A DNA stretch of 59,642 nt, filler included, from 10 parts of 10 records of this genome joined end to end with filler, not necessarily neighbours in it; one strand, 5' to 3'; positions 20,513-31,293 are shown, counted from the whole stretch's first letter. Notes: generated by a model not told the origin, from the sequence alone. Made by a program: numbers and translations.

Positions 20513-21271
20513 TTATTGTCCCTCTTCTACCGGAGTTTCTTCACTTTCCGCTGAATCTGTTTCTTTATGCCCCTGGCGGTTTGCCAGCAGGTCGTTATAG
20601 CGTTTAATTACCTGGTTCATTACAATTACAAAATTATCCATTTCGGGTGTAGCCATACCTATTGAAACAAAAGAGTTTACCAGGTTTACAATTTCGCGGT
20701 AAACCGGATCTAGTTTAATACGAACGGCCTTAACATCGCCACTTGATTTATAGCCCGACTCCACATCGCGTTGGTGTTGCAAGGCTTCAAATCCTTCTTG
20801 CTGACTGTTGTACATGGTTACCCACGAATTAATTTTTACACGTTTTATATGTTCGGCATTTTCTTCCTTTTCTAGGTCCTGGATAAGGTTTTTTGCGTTG
20901 CCCGATTCCGCCACGTAACTCGAGCGTCTGAAATCCCCATACACATCAAAAATACGACGCAAAACCTTTGCACTTTCTACTTCTTTTGCAATTGGGCTTA
21001 ACAGGTGGGCATCAATTATCAGGTCCATTGCTTTCCATGTTTGGCCTCTGTTTAAATCGGCAGCCTGCACCTTTTCGGTTAACAAGCTTCCTTTATCAAC
21101 ATTGGTTACCGTATCCAGTTGGGCGTATAATTCGTTAAAGGTGTTTAAAATTTCATCGGTTGTAGTATTCGATGGGATAATCCCAGACAACAACCTTTTA
21201 AAATCGCTCATCAGGTTAAAATACTCGCTGTTACGTAATTGATTTAATACTATTGTGTTTAATGTGTTCAT
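20513..21271 (-). CDS. DUF6261-like alpha-helical protein (Bacteroidota)
   Basis: LRNSEYFNLM, KGSLLTEKVQAADLNR, SYVAES..NLIQDL, VRIKLDPVYREI, NQVIKRY pattern; acidic tail. Confidence 0.75.
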   Translation of the reverse strand: MNTLNTIVLNQLRNSEYFNLMSDFKRLLSGIIPSNTTTDEILNTFNELYAQLDTVTNVDKGSLLTEKVQAADLNRGQTWKAMDLIIDAHLLSPIAKEVESAKVLRRIFDVYGDFRRSSYVAESGNAKNLIQDLEKEENAEHIKRVKINSWVTMYNSQQEGFEALQHQRDVESGYKSSGDVKAVRIKLDPVYREIVNLVNSFVSIGMATPEMDNFVIVMNQVIKRYNDLLANRQGHKETDSAESEETPVEEGQ

Positions 21272-21449
21272 AATACTGTTTTTAAAGGTTAATTAATTAA
21301 TGTTATTGTTTGAGCTTGTACTATTTTGAATTTTTAGTGCGTTATACTGAACTGGTTACGAGTTACAATAGTAAAATTAGAACATATTATAACTTAAGTC
21401 AATGGTCGAAAACATGTTTTATGACATTATACATCAGTAAACGAGTGCT

Positions 21450-21800
21450 TTACGAATTGAACAACAAGCTCTGAGGCTGTAGCCATTATGTTTTCAGGTG
21501 GTAATGCACTTTCCTTACGGGTGGTAGTTGCTTTTACATTTACGAATAGCGACATCAAGCAAGTGTGAGAATGGGTTACAAGGCTGCATGGGGTTTTCGT
21601 TATAGTTTGAAGTAGTATTACATGCTTGTATTATGGTTTCAATATAGTGTGAAAGTACATTACATACATGAAAAATGATTTCACTGGAACGTGAAAACTC
21701 TATGCAGGCGTGAAAAATGGTTTCAAGCCAGCGTGAAGTGGCCATGCAGGTGTGTAAAATGATTTCACGCTTGCGTGATTTTATTTTACAACGCTGCGGA
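21450..21800. repeat. degenerate tandem array of about 8 x 42-bp units
   Basis: (TTA/ATG)CA at 21534, 21576, 21618, 21660, 21702, 21744, 21786 with TCA/TCG 21 nt later in each of the first six units; weaker units at 21450 and 21492. Confidence 0.75.
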
Positions 21801-22053
21801 AGGCATGTATATGAGGCAGTTAGAATGTTTTAAGGAGGAAATACAGGAAGGTTGGAAGTTTATTGAATAGTTTTTAGGTACAGGCCTACCTCCGCCCAAA
21901 AGGATGGAGTTAGTAAGTTTTAAGCAAACCCTAATTTACAAAAACCAAACAAGTTTAGCTGTATTAAATATTTTGAGCATTGGGTGATAGGATTTCCCGG
22001 CTAATAACCTAAGATCTGGCAGTGTTACAAGCGCACTGCTTATGGCCGTACAA

Positions 22054-23382
22054 CTACTTTTCAAACCTATCTTGCGGATTTTGCGCTTTACGCGATAGAA
22101 CAGTAATAATACCAACTACTGCCAGCAAAACATAAATACCCCAGGCATAGCTTCCGGTTTGCGAAAACGACAAACTAAAAATTATAGGGCCTAAAGCACT
22201 GCTAAATACAATAATAGACATAACAAATCCTGTAATTTTCCCCAGGTTATCGCGGCCATAAAAGCGAGGCCAGGTAACCGCCATTAACACATTAAAAATA
22301 CCGCTTACTATGCCGTTGCCAATAATAAAAGTGATATAGAAAATTCCGGTATTCATATTTGCCAGCGAATAGAGGCCAATAATTTCGCCGGCCAGCAATA
22401 GCCAAAGCAGGTATTGCAATTTTATACGGTCGCTAATCCAACCTCCGGCCAGCGCAAAACTTACCGATATAACCGATACCGGAATGAAAATGGCCAGGGC
22501 TTTTTCTTCGTTTATGCCAACCTCGCCAAACAAGGATACCAAATGAAAAGTTAGCCCGGTTACGTACAAGGAATAAATACCCAGAGGAATGGCAAACAAC
22601 CAGAAAGTAAGGCCTCCCCTTGCCTCTTTCAGGTTAAATTGTTTAAAGGGTTTTATAATTACATCGTGTTCTTTATTGCTATGCTGCTCCCCGTCAGGAA
22701 TCATTCCAAGATCTTCGGGGTTATCGCGAAAGAAAATAAATATAAACAACAGTAAAAATACCGCACTTCCCAGGGCCATAATAAGCCATGCACCGCGCCA
22801 TGATGTGCTGTTAATAATCATGTAAAAGCTTAATGGGGCAATTGAAAAACCCAGCGACACAAATACCGAAGAGATTCCATTTACCAATCCTCGTCGGGCA
22901 ATAAACCATTTCATCAACATGTTTCGCGATACCATGGTTAGCACCCCTTGACCAGAAAAACGCAGCATAAAAAAGAACAGCATACAAACTGCCACCGCAA
23001 AACTGGCGTAAATCCCCGAATCACCATCAACAAAAGCTTTAATAATCCTGTCGCTCTGACTTAACAATACCAAAGCCAGCCCCATAATTATAGCAGCTGC
23101 CATTGCCACCCAGCGAACTCCAAATTTATCGTAGAGCCTTCCGGCATAGGTTAAAATAAACGAACTACCAACGGTACCAAACATGTAGGCAATACTTAAC
23201 TGGTCGCGATTAATACCAATGTTGTCTAACAAGTAATCGGTAAAGGTTGAAACGCCCATGGTTTGCCCTGGGGCACTACACAAAACCCCAATTGTTGATG
23301 CAAATAAAATTACCCATCCGTAAAAGAATGGCACTTTTATCGGATTAAACGGGAAGTTATTGTATTTCTGTTTGAGTTTCAT
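22054..23382 (-). CDS. MFS transporter
   Basis: 442 aa, about 12 TM segments; FFYGWVI, GRLYDKFGVR, GWISDRI, PRFYGRDNLGKITG. Confidence 0.9.
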   Translation of the reverse strand: MKLKQKYNNFPFNPIKVPFFYGWVILFASTIGVLCSAPGQTMGVSTFTDYLLDNIGINRDQLSIAYMFGTVGSSFILTYAGRLYDKFGVRWVAMAAAIIMGLALVLLSQSDRIIKAFVDGDSGIYASFAVAVCMLFFFMLRFSGQGVLTMVSRNMLMKWFIARRGLVNGISSVFVSLGFSIAPLSFYMIINSTSWRGAWLIMALGSAVFLLLFIFIFFRDNPEDLGMIPDGEQHSNKEHDVIIKPFKQFNLKEARGGLTFWLFAIPLGIYSLYVTGLTFHLVSLFGEVGINEEKALAIFIPVSVISVSFALAGGWISDRIKLQYLLWLLLAGEIIGLYSLANMNTGIFYITFIIGNGIVSGIFNVLMAVTWPRFYGRDNLGKITGFVMSIIVFSSALGPIIFSLSFSQTGSYAWGIYVLLAVVGIITVLSRKAQNPQDRFEK

Positions 23383-23695
23383 TGTGTAAAGCTAGCCATT
23401 GTTTCCGCGCCAGCCACATAGATGTAAATATGGCTTAAAAAGGTAATAATTTGTTAGGAAAGCTTGTTCGGAAATAAAGCAGTATATGATTATTGATTCT
23501 ACAAATGTTATTCCACCTAAAACCTGAATTCCCTATTGACTTTCTATTAACTATTTCATAAATTGCATAAAGTCAAAAAGAAAGAATGATCTCAAACACC
23601 ATAAACATTTAAGTCTAATTTCTAAAATAGCTGTATTACAATGGTGGAAACAAATTTTGGCGAATAAATCAACCATTATTCGTAGGGACAGCACC

Positions 23696-23731
23696 AAACG
23701 CCTGGATATATTAATTGAAAGGCGTTTTTTT
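23696..23731 (+). terminator. intrinsic terminator / attenuator-like hairpin
   Basis: AAACGCCT/AGGCGTTT stem followed by a T-run. Confidence 0.5.
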
Positions 23732-23883
23732 ATACCCGTCTCCTAACTTTTCGCGTTTCGGATTAATTAACTCACCGAAAAACTCTGGTAAACTAACTTT
23801 GTTCTTAATAATTCCTGCCGGGCCGCTCAATTTTAAAAGAAACGAGGCTGTATCAGTAAAATATGAAAACAGCCTCTTTCTTC

Positions 23884-24258
23884 TTAATTTCTTTCGTTAT
23901 GTTTTTCGTGACTATGGTTATGCCCATTTGCCTGGGTATGTGTCACCAGCGTGTCGTACTCTTCTTTAGTAATCTTTTCGGCCTTATAACCTTTTTTCTG
24001 AATGGCTGTGGCCAGTTTTTCATCGGTATTCTTGCCTTCTTTATACTCTACATAAATGGTATTCGAGATATGGTCTGCTTTTAATGCCTTTACCCCTTTC
24101 TCAAACTTCAGGTATTCGGTAATCGTTTTTTCGCAGTCGCCACAATCCATGTCGCTTTTAAAACAAACTACAGTGTTTCCCTTTTTTTGAGCAAACGAAT
24201 CGGTTGCTGAAATACCAATAAACATTGCCAATGCAATAAAATAAATTAATGTTTTCAT
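23884..24258 (-). CDS. heavy-metal-associated (HMA) domain periplasmic protein
   Basis: signal peptide; MDCGDC metal motif, FEKGVK, His-rich tail; GAGGCTGT/ACAGCCTC hairpin downstream. Confidence 0.85.
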   Translation of the reverse strand: MKTLIYFIALAMFIGISATDSFAQKKGNTVVCFKSDMDCGDCEKTITEYLKFEKGVKALKADHISNTIYVEYKEGKNTDEKLATAIQKKGYKAEKITKEEYDTLVTHTQANGHNHSHEKHNERN

Positions 24259-24340
24259 TTGTTTTTAGTTTTGAGACACAAGCCACGAGTAACGCACTTC
24301 TATTAACCGTTACTCGCCTCTTTATACTCGTTACTCCGTT

Positions 24341-24764
24341 TTATTCATAATTCAAATTAAATCGTAATCCCAAATATATTTTTCGCCCCAATGTTGGGCC
24401 CCAAACATTTGTCGCATTAAAATCCGGTCCAAACGGATCATCCACCCCCTGAATTGGATTTTTCTGTTTAAAATCAGTAAGGTTTTCTGTTCCCAGGTAA
24501 ATACTCCAGTAACGGAAGTATTTTGTAATCTGGGCATTCATAACCGTGTATGGCGAAAACTTTCCAATATCGCTTGACAAATTAACACCAGCCAGCCCCT
24601 CTTCATATACGTAAGGAATCCGGCCTCCACCATTAAACTGAATGGTGTAATCGAACATCCATTTTTTTAGTGGAGTTGTATAGTTCAAATTGATCAATCC
24701 CTTATAATCGTTAGTAAGCGGTTTGTCCTTCAACTGGCCTCCAATGGTTTGTTTTATTTCGTTG
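24341..24764 (-). CDS. TonB-dependent receptor, C-terminal fragment
   Basis: YTVMNAQITK, YLGTENLTDFKQ, WGPTLGRKIYLGLRF beta-barrel end; 5' cut by contig edge. Confidence 0.85.
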
Positions 24765-24864
24765 NNNNNNNNNNNNNNNNNNNNNNNNNNNNNNNNNNNN
24801 NNNNNNNNTTAATTAATTAANNNNNNNNNNNNNNNNNNNNNNNNNNNNNNNNNNNNNNNNNNNN
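24765..24864. other. artificial contig linker
   Basis: N-run/TTAATTAATTAA/N-run. Confidence 0.97.
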
Positions 24865-25736
24865 ACCGTATCCCGGTGGCTCTTGGTCGGGCGCTCCGTA
24901 TAGAAAGATGCGAAATGGTCTTTCATTTCAAGGTAAGATTCCCGCAGATCCTCGGAAAACAACTCGATTACCTGTTTCCCGGTCAATTGCCTGCGATCCG
25001 TGTACCCGAACATGGAAAGGAATGCATCGTTGATAACAAGGAGTTTGTCGTCCTGGACCACCATTATACCGTCCGCCACGTTTTTGGCCAGGGATCGGTA
25101 ACGTTCCTCGCTATCCCTAAGCGCCTGCTCCACTTGTTTCCGGATCGTAATATCCCGCTGCGCGCCGAAATGCCCAACCATTTTTCCTTCATCGTTGTAG
25201 ATGCAAAAATAGTCGCCCAAAAACCATACATCTTCACCCGCGAATTTATTGGAGCCCTCGAAACGATGTTCCTTGGTCTCCATTGTCAGCGTGCCGGCAT
25301 CAAACACCTGGCGCCATTTATTTCTGGCGTTTTCCAGGTCGTGGGCGAAAAAATCATTAAGAGTCAACCCCATGAATTGATCGATTGTGGCATGGTATTG
25401 CCTCAGCATGGCATTATTTACCCGAACGATATGCTGGCGGGAAAATGCGTAATCCAGGGCCGCCTCTTTATCGATTTCATCATTCCATAAAAAGGGTTCG
25501 TCGGCTTCCATGAACCAGATCCCCTCCACGCAATGGGTGAAATACATCTCCATGAACTGGTCGCTTTCCCAGAGTTTCTGATCGCGCCTGATTTTCAACA
25601 TGCGTGCGCCGGCATCAACTATGTCCGAGGTCAAGCTTGTTTTAATGGCTGAATCGTATTCCATTGCGGGAATATCCGTCGACATTGCGTCCTCCACTTG
25701 GCATGGCGTTTCACAAAAAAGCCGGTTGTACGACAA
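24865..25736 (-). CDS. PAS-domain signalling protein, 3' truncated; start uncertain
   Basis: two PAS/PAC-like segments (HFGAQRDITIRKQVEQALRDSEERYRSL; INDAFLSMFGY). Confidence 0.8.
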
Positions 25737-26478
25737 TCATGCCGCCGATTTTTATTGGCTGGAGCCGTGTATCACTCCCACGTTGCTTGTTGAGTGAATA
25801 GGAAAAAATAAAGCTGACGAGACGGCAAGAGATATCGATATGGATCGATTAAGTGAATTTTTGAGGCGGGGGGACTGTGTCCCCAAAGGGAAATAATATG
25901 ATATACGAACGGTTTTCTGTATTTGTGAAGATCAAGTTTGGACTCCTTATGAACTGCCGGTCACGACTTTGGCTTAACGCCCGGCAATTACAATAGTGCG
26001 TTTCGATATGCCCCTGACTACGGAGCTTTTCGTCCTTATTGAACAATCACTGTTATTTGTATCTCCTGATCGGTCCGGCAATCGGCTGTTTCCAATTCCC
26101 CTGCCCGGGCCGATCCCGAAAAATAGTAACAAACAGAATTCGTTTGTCAATTGGATTGTCTATAATAAATAAAATAAAATTAATGCAATAAATTAGTAAA
26201 TTAGGCGCCTGGAAATATCCAAAAAGAAAAAGCCGTGCCGCCTACAAAAATACACTGTTAAATCAGTTGGTTATTGTCTGGATGTGGTATGTGGAAGATG
26301 GACTTCAAACCAGATATCCATATTTCCATAAAATTTAACCAGATTCCAAAATTTTCCAACTATGGCGTCTTGATAAGCGAGCCATTGTATATTTTGCAGA
26401 TATGAAAGAAACGTGTAATATAAGACCCGCCCGGTTTTTAGGCGCAATTATTTATTAGCTATTGGGGGGCGGTGGATT

Positions 26479-27171
26479 ATGGAAGAGAATCGATTCTTTA
26501 GATATGTTTGGCGTTTTAACTCCATAATTATTATGGCGGCGGGTGTTTTAGCCATAGGGGTGTTGGTTTTTGGCGGATACCAGATTATTCGTGAAATAAC
26601 CGGAGAGCGGGATACTCGCAACATTGTAAATGTACAAGAAGAAACTGAAGTAGAAGAAAAATGGAGCCTGGGGGGCATGCTAGATGTACCTGGCAGTCCA
26701 TATGTCATGATTTCCTTATATTCCGATCAAAGCTACGACCAATCCTATTACAGCAAGTCGACGACCTCTGTGCGAAATTATCTTTTCATAAACAGTAAGA
26801 GTAATGAGCAGCATTGGTTGTTTAATACAAACAAGTACATGATAGTTGACAGGGAATATCTTTCAGAAGAAGGATCTGATTCAGAAGACAGAAAAATCAG
26901 GTCGATTCTTTATGAAGTCGTTAAAGGCGATACTGATAACAACAAACGTCTCACCGGCAAAGATCTGATTTCTATCGGCATGTCACAGCCGGACGGCAAG
27001 GGATATAAAGAAATCCTTGAAGGAATAGAAGTTTTTTTCGGGCAAAGGCTGGTCGATCGGGATACATTACTTATTGTTTACCAGAAAAATGGAGTTGGAT
27101 ATTCAGCCAGGGTGAACCTGTCCGGTTTTGTTGTTACAAATGAAACGGAACTGCCAAAGGTCGGCCCCTGA
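26479..27171 (+). CDS. hypothetical protein with N-terminal membrane anchor
   Basis: 230 aa ORF, one hydrophobic segment, DTDNNKRLTGKD EF-hand-like loop. Confidence 0.7.
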   Translation: MEENRFFRYVWRFNSIIIMAAGVLAIGVLVFGGYQIIREITGERDTRNIVNVQEETEVEEKWSLGGMLDVPGSPYVMISLYSDQSYDQSYYSKSTTSVRNYLFINSKSNEQHWLFNTNKYMIVDREYLSEEGSDSEDRKIRSILYEVVKGDTDNNKRLTGKDLISIGMSQPDGKGYKEILEGIEVFFGQRLVDRDTLLIVYQKNGVGYSARVNLSGFVVTNETELPKVGP

Positions 27172-27660
27172 CCAGGCAAGTTTATTCGGATGCGGTCTAT
27201 TAATCGTTTGCTATCAAATAAAGTTAAGTCTCCGGGACTGAATTTATCGGAACATGGCAAGGGCGTTCAATCCTGAACATACAGAAACCTTGTATTTCTC
27301 CGAATCCATTGTCATCATTCCCGGTCCTCCCATAATGCCATAAAGAAATAAGCTACATCGTATTAACCGATATCCTGATTAATTTCATTTTCATTCTTAA
27401 TATAAAGACAATCAAAAATAATGGAACTATAAGCCCACCGAAGTTATCAGGCGAGTACGGTCCTGCGTTGCTGGATGGTTTGGGTTAGCCGCCGGGGACG
27501 GCATGGCTTGGGTTTTAAGGGCGCTTGATTAAAAAGCGGGCGTCTTTATAATTCTTGCCCATAAGATTTCCAACTATCATCTTCCCGCCTTATTTGCGTA
27601 ACAGCCGAAGGCAATGCTTGCCAGCACGGTGAAAATGTGATATTGGCAATACGGATAATA

Positions 27661-27681
27661 TATATTGACAAAATCAATATA
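27661..27681. promoter_or_regulatory. palindromic operator overlapping a TTGACA -35 box
   Basis: TATATTGA-CAAAA-TCAATATA, 35 nt upstream of ATG 27716. Confidence 0.5.
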
Positions 27682-27715
27682 GCGTTGCTTTCTATTAAAG
27701 GACTTAATCTGAACC

Positions 27716-28573
27716 ATGCATATCGATTTCATATTCGAGCAAGGAACCGGGGAGATTAACGAAGATTTTCATTGTCGGAAAGATAACCTTTTTGGAGTCT
27801 TTGACGGCGCTACAAGTCTTACTTCAGTCCGTTTTCAAAATAATCTGACCGGCGGATTCCTTGCGGCTTCTCTGGCCGGCCAAACTTTCCATGAGAACAA
27901 CGACAGTTTGATAAACCTGGCCAAAAAAGCCAACACTGCTATCCGCAAGGCCATGATGGATAACGGCGTGGACATGAGCAACAAGGGCGGCCTCTGGTGC
28001 ACAAGCGCCGCGGTTGTGCGCTTGCTTGAAGATTCTTTTGAATGGGCGCAGATCGGCGACTGCCTTATTTTGGTCATTTATGAAGATGGCGCATACGAAT
28101 TGCTCATAGATGATTTCGACCACGACCTGGAGACGCTCAGGCTTTGGAAGGACCATTCGTGTAATGCGAAAGATTCCATTCTGACCGCTCTTCATGAACA
28201 AATACTCAAAGTCCGGGCCAACCAGAACGTCGCTTACGGCGTGCTGAACGGTGAAGAAGAGGCTATGCCCTTTCTCAATGCCGGCGCCAAAAGCCTGCAC
28301 CGCGTGCGGCATATTTTACTATTTACCGACGGTATGTTTATCCCGAAAAGCGAACCCGAGAAACGGGAAGATTTTTATTTATTTACCTCGCTCTTTCTTG
28401 AAGGCGGTCTTACCCGCGTTCGCGACACTGTAAGAAAAATGGAACAGAGCGATGTCGATTGCCGTATGTATCCGCGCTTTAAAACCCACGATGACATTGC
28501 GGCCTTTGCCATAACCTTTAACCGTACTTCTCAAAAATCAGCATCAAAGGTAGTTGAGAAACCTTATCCATAA
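27716..28573 (+). CDS. PP2C/PPM-like phosphatase domain protein
   Basis: INED, FGVFDGAT, WAQIGDC, LLFTDG, HDDIA metal-binding motifs. Confidence 0.78.
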   Translation: MHIDFIFEQGTGEINEDFHCRKDNLFGVFDGATSLTSVRFQNNLTGGFLAASLAGQTFHENNDSLINLAKKANTAIRKAMMDNGVDMSNKGGLWCTSAAVVRLLEDSFEWAQIGDCLILVIYEDGAYELLIDDFDHDLETLRLWKDHSCNAKDSILTALHEQILKVRANQNVAYGVLNGEEEAMPFLNAGAKSLHRVRHILLFTDGMFIPKSEPEKREDFYLFTSLFLEGGLTRVRDTVRKMEQSDVDCRMYPRFKTHDDIAAFAITFNRTSQKSASKVVEKPYP

Positions 28574-28607
28574 ATATTTACAGCTCTAATTGGAGGGAAA
28601 TTTCACC

Positions 28608-29651
28608 ATGTTTGGAAAATGCGTAAAAGAATTTATTCTGATCTTAAGCCTGATTACTTGCACCTCGCTTGGTTTCAGCAATGTCCAGGCCGCTGACATG
28701 GAGGACAAAGTCGTCGTGTATTCAACCCACCCCGAATCCCTGCTGGAATTGGTGGCTGACGCCTTTACCAGGGAAACAGGGGTAAAAGTGGACTTTATCA
28801 ACCTCAAGGGCGAGCTGGCAGACAGGGTGCGCGCTGAAAAAGCCAATCCCCAGTCCGATGTCATGTACGGCGGGCCATCGTCAATATATCAGGAGCTTAA
28901 GGGAGAGGGATTGTTTGAAGCGTGCACGCCTTCCTGGGCCGGCCAAATAGACCCGCTGTTAAAGGATGCGGAAAATTATTGGTTCGGAACCATAAAGACT
29001 CCCGTGGTGATGTTCTACAATAGCGACATGATTGCCAAGGATAAAGCCCCCAAAGACTGGAGCGACATGGCCGGGCCTGAATACAGGAATATGCTGGTTT
29101 TCAGAAACGCGCTCTCTTCTTCGGCCAGGGCTACATACACTTCACTGCTGCAGCAGTATGAAAGAAAGAACGACCTGGAAGCCGGGTGGAAGTTTCTTAA
29201 AGCACTGGACGCCAACACCAAACGCTACTATGGCAGCGGTTCCTTGCAGTTCCAGGCCGTGGGCAGAAAAGAAGCTTCCATCAGTTTTGCGGTGCTGAAC
29301 TCTGTAATTGACAACAAAATAAAGAATAAAATGCCCCTGGAAATCATAGATGCGTCAAGCGGTTCTCCGATCCTGACCGACGGCATCGCCCTGATTAAGA
29401 ATGCCAGGCATCCCAATGCCGGCAAGGCGTTTTTGGATTTTGCAGGCAGCGCCAAAATCCAGGCCATGCTGGCCAACAAGTTCAATCGCCTGCCGACCCA
29501 TCCCGAGGCCATAGCTTCTTCCCCAAAATGGATGGGCGAGATAAAGATCAAGGCAATGGATGTGGATTGGGGCGCGCTGGCTGGGAAGCAGTCCGAGTGG
29601 ATGCAACATTGGGATATGGAAATAAAAGATTCCGAAAAAGATAAAAAATAG
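28608..29651 (+). CDS. ABC transporter substrate-binding protein (Fe3+/AfuA/phosphonate-type family)
   Basis: signal peptide, VVVYST, RAEKANPQSDVMYGG, PKDWSD, HPNAGKAFLDF; GAGG RBS before ATG 28608. Confidence 0.85.
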   Translation: MFGKCVKEFILILSLITCTSLGFSNVQAADMEDKVVVYSTHPESLLELVADAFTRETGVKVDFINLKGELADRVRAEKANPQSDVMYGGPSSIYQELKGEGLFEACTPSWAGQIDPLLKDAENYWFGTIKTPVVMFYNSDMIAKDKAPKDWSDMAGPEYRNMLVFRNALSSSARATYTSLLQQYERKNDLEAGWKFLKALDANTKRYYGSGSLQFQAVGRKEASISFAVLNSVIDNKIKNKMPLEIIDASSGSPILTDGIALIKNARHPNAGKAFLDFAGSAKIQAMLANKFNRLPTHPEAIASSPKWMGEIKIKAMDVDWGALAGKQSEWMQHWDMEIKDSEKDKK

Positions 29652-29659
29652 GAGACGCC

Positions 29660-30156
29660 ATGGCTGCCGTGGTCCTGAAAGATGTGGAGAAATCCTTTGG
29701 TGGAGTTGTTGCCTGTTCCGAGGTAAATCTCTCCATCAATGCTGGGGAGTTCTTCACTTTTTTAGGACCTTCCGGCTGTGGTAAAACTACCATACTTCGT
29801 CTTATTGCTGGATTCATCATGCCGGACAAGGGATCGATATTCCTGGATGGGAAAGACATAACCAATGTTCCCGCCGAAAAACGTAAAGTGGGCATGGTTT
29901 TTCAGAATTACGCACTCTTTCCGCATTTGAACGTATACCGGAATATAGAGTATGGTCTGAAAGTGCAGAAGCGGCCTGACAGGGATGTTAAAGCGACAAT
30001 TGGCCATTACATGGAAATGACAGGTCTGAAGGGATTTGAAAATCGCTCGATTTCAGATTTATCGGGCGGCGAGCAGCAACGAGTCGCCCTGGCGCGATCC
30101 CTGGCTATTGAACCACGGGTGCTGCTGCTGGACGAACCGCTTTCCAACCTGGACGC
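29660..30156 (+). CDS. ABC transporter ATP-binding protein (PotA/FbpC-like), 3' truncated
   Basis: GPSGCGKT, VFQNYALFPHL, LSGGEQQRVALAR, LLLDEPLSNLD. Confidence 0.92.
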
Positions 30157-30256
30157 NNNNNNNNNNNNNNNNNNNNNNNNNNNNNNNNNNNNNNNNNNNN
30201 TTAATTAATTAANNNNNNNNNNNNNNNNNNNNNNNNNNNNNNNNNNNNNNNNNNNN
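30157..30256. other. artificial contig linker
   Basis: N-run/TTAATTAATTAA/N-run. Confidence 0.97.
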
Positions 30257-30314
30257 TCAGAGCATGCGGCTCATATCCGCAGAGTCACTGGTTCAAATCC
30301 AGTCACCGCCACCA
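30257..30314 (+). tRNA. tRNA-Met (CAT, probably elongator), 5' truncated
   Basis: anticodon arm TGCGG-CTCATAT-CCGCA, T-arm ACTGG-TTCAAAT-CCAGT, 3' CACCGCC-A-CCA. Confidence 0.88.
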
Positions 30315-30402
30315 GTAAAAAACCAGCCCGGCATTGACATTTTCCCGTCCGATCTTATTTTTTTCGTGTTAATACGCCAATACGAACCTCTGGTGTAAGT
30401 AT

Positions 30403-30924
30403 ATGGCCTCTTTCAAAAAAAACGACCTTACGGTTGTCAGCGACGCTCTGGAAATTGCAGAAGACGCAACGGGAAATTTCTATAAATTTTCCCTGGGGCA
30501 ATGGAAACGGCACCGCTATGATGTCAAGACCCGGTCTTCCCTTAAAACGGAAGGGATGAGCACTTCCGCACTGGCGGTTTTGTTCAAAGGGATGCGGATG
30601 GTGGACGATTTTAGCCCTAGAACAAAAGGTAGAGATTTTTATTTCATCTGCCTCCAGGATCATTCAATCCTGGAGGTTCTGAAACGTGACCGTTATCTCG
30701 CACTTTTTCCGCTCCTTATTTATGTTTTCACCCATGAGTTGGTCCATATCGTAAGGTTCTGTAACTTTTATCAAAGGTTTGATGTATCTGAAAAAAATCG
30801 GGTCAGAGAGGAAGAGATCGTCCATAAAACCACCTTTGAAATTTTAAAGGATTTTTCTCTGCCGAACTTAAATTATGTCCTTGATTCCTATCGGGACCAC
30901 AGAATGTGCGAGATTGTTTCTTGA
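30403..30924 (+). CDS. hypothetical protein with HExxH motif (zincin-like)
   Basis: 173 aa; THELVH followed by REEE. Confidence 0.7.
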   Translation: MASFKKNDLTVVSDALEIAEDATGNFYKFSLGQWKRHRYDVKTRSSLKTEGMSTSALAVLFKGMRMVDDFSPRTKGRDFYFICLQDHSILEVLKRDRYLALFPLLIYVFTHELVHIVRFCNFYQRFDVSEKNRVREEEIVHKTTFEILKDFSLPNLNYVLDSYRDHRMCEIVS

Positions 30925-30948
30925 ATGTGAAGGAGGAGTTATTTAAAA

Positions 30949-31266
30949 ATGCCGATTTATGAATATGAATGTGATAAATGCGGGCACCATGTGGAGGCTT
31001 TGCAGAAAATTACGGATCCCCCGATTATTGAATGTGACCAGTGCCACTCCGATATGAAAAAGCTTATCAGTCAGAGTACTTTTCACCTGAAGGGGACCGG
31101 ATGGTATGTAACCGACTACGCCTCTAAGAATAAAAACAGCCAGGTGGAGGCAAAAGAAAAGGCATCTTCCGGTAGCGATACGGCGAAGAAAAAGGTCGAA
31201 GCAAAAACCGCGACGGAAAAGGCGACAAAAAAGGATGCGTCAGGCCCTTCTAAGGGTAAAGATTAA
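30949..31266 (+). CDS. FmdB family zinc-ribbon protein
   Basis: [38 protein letters not shown]. Confidence 0.9.
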   Translation: MPIYEYECDKCGHHVEALQKITDPPIIECDQCHSDMKKLISQSTFHLKGTGWYVTDYASKNKNSQVEAKEKASSGSDTAKKKVEAKTATEKATKKDASGPSKGKD

Positions 31267-31293
31267 TCTCAATGTGAAGGGTGAAGGTTTCCT

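Noticed and set aside
21450-21800. CRISPR array
   Set aside because: No invariant repeat with unique spacers and no cas genes; kept as a degenerate tandem repeat
25849-26120. Riboswitch (c-di-GMP or ZTP) upstream of the PAS gene
   Set aside because: A TGCCGG/CCGGCA hairpin and GGACGAAAAGC and GTCGTGACCGGC fragments are present, but the required motif order and partner elements are not; a 65-aa ORF is equally unsupported
27665-27677. FNR box
   Set aside because: TTGAC-N3-ATCAA has a 3-nt spacer instead of 4; kept only as a generic palindrome
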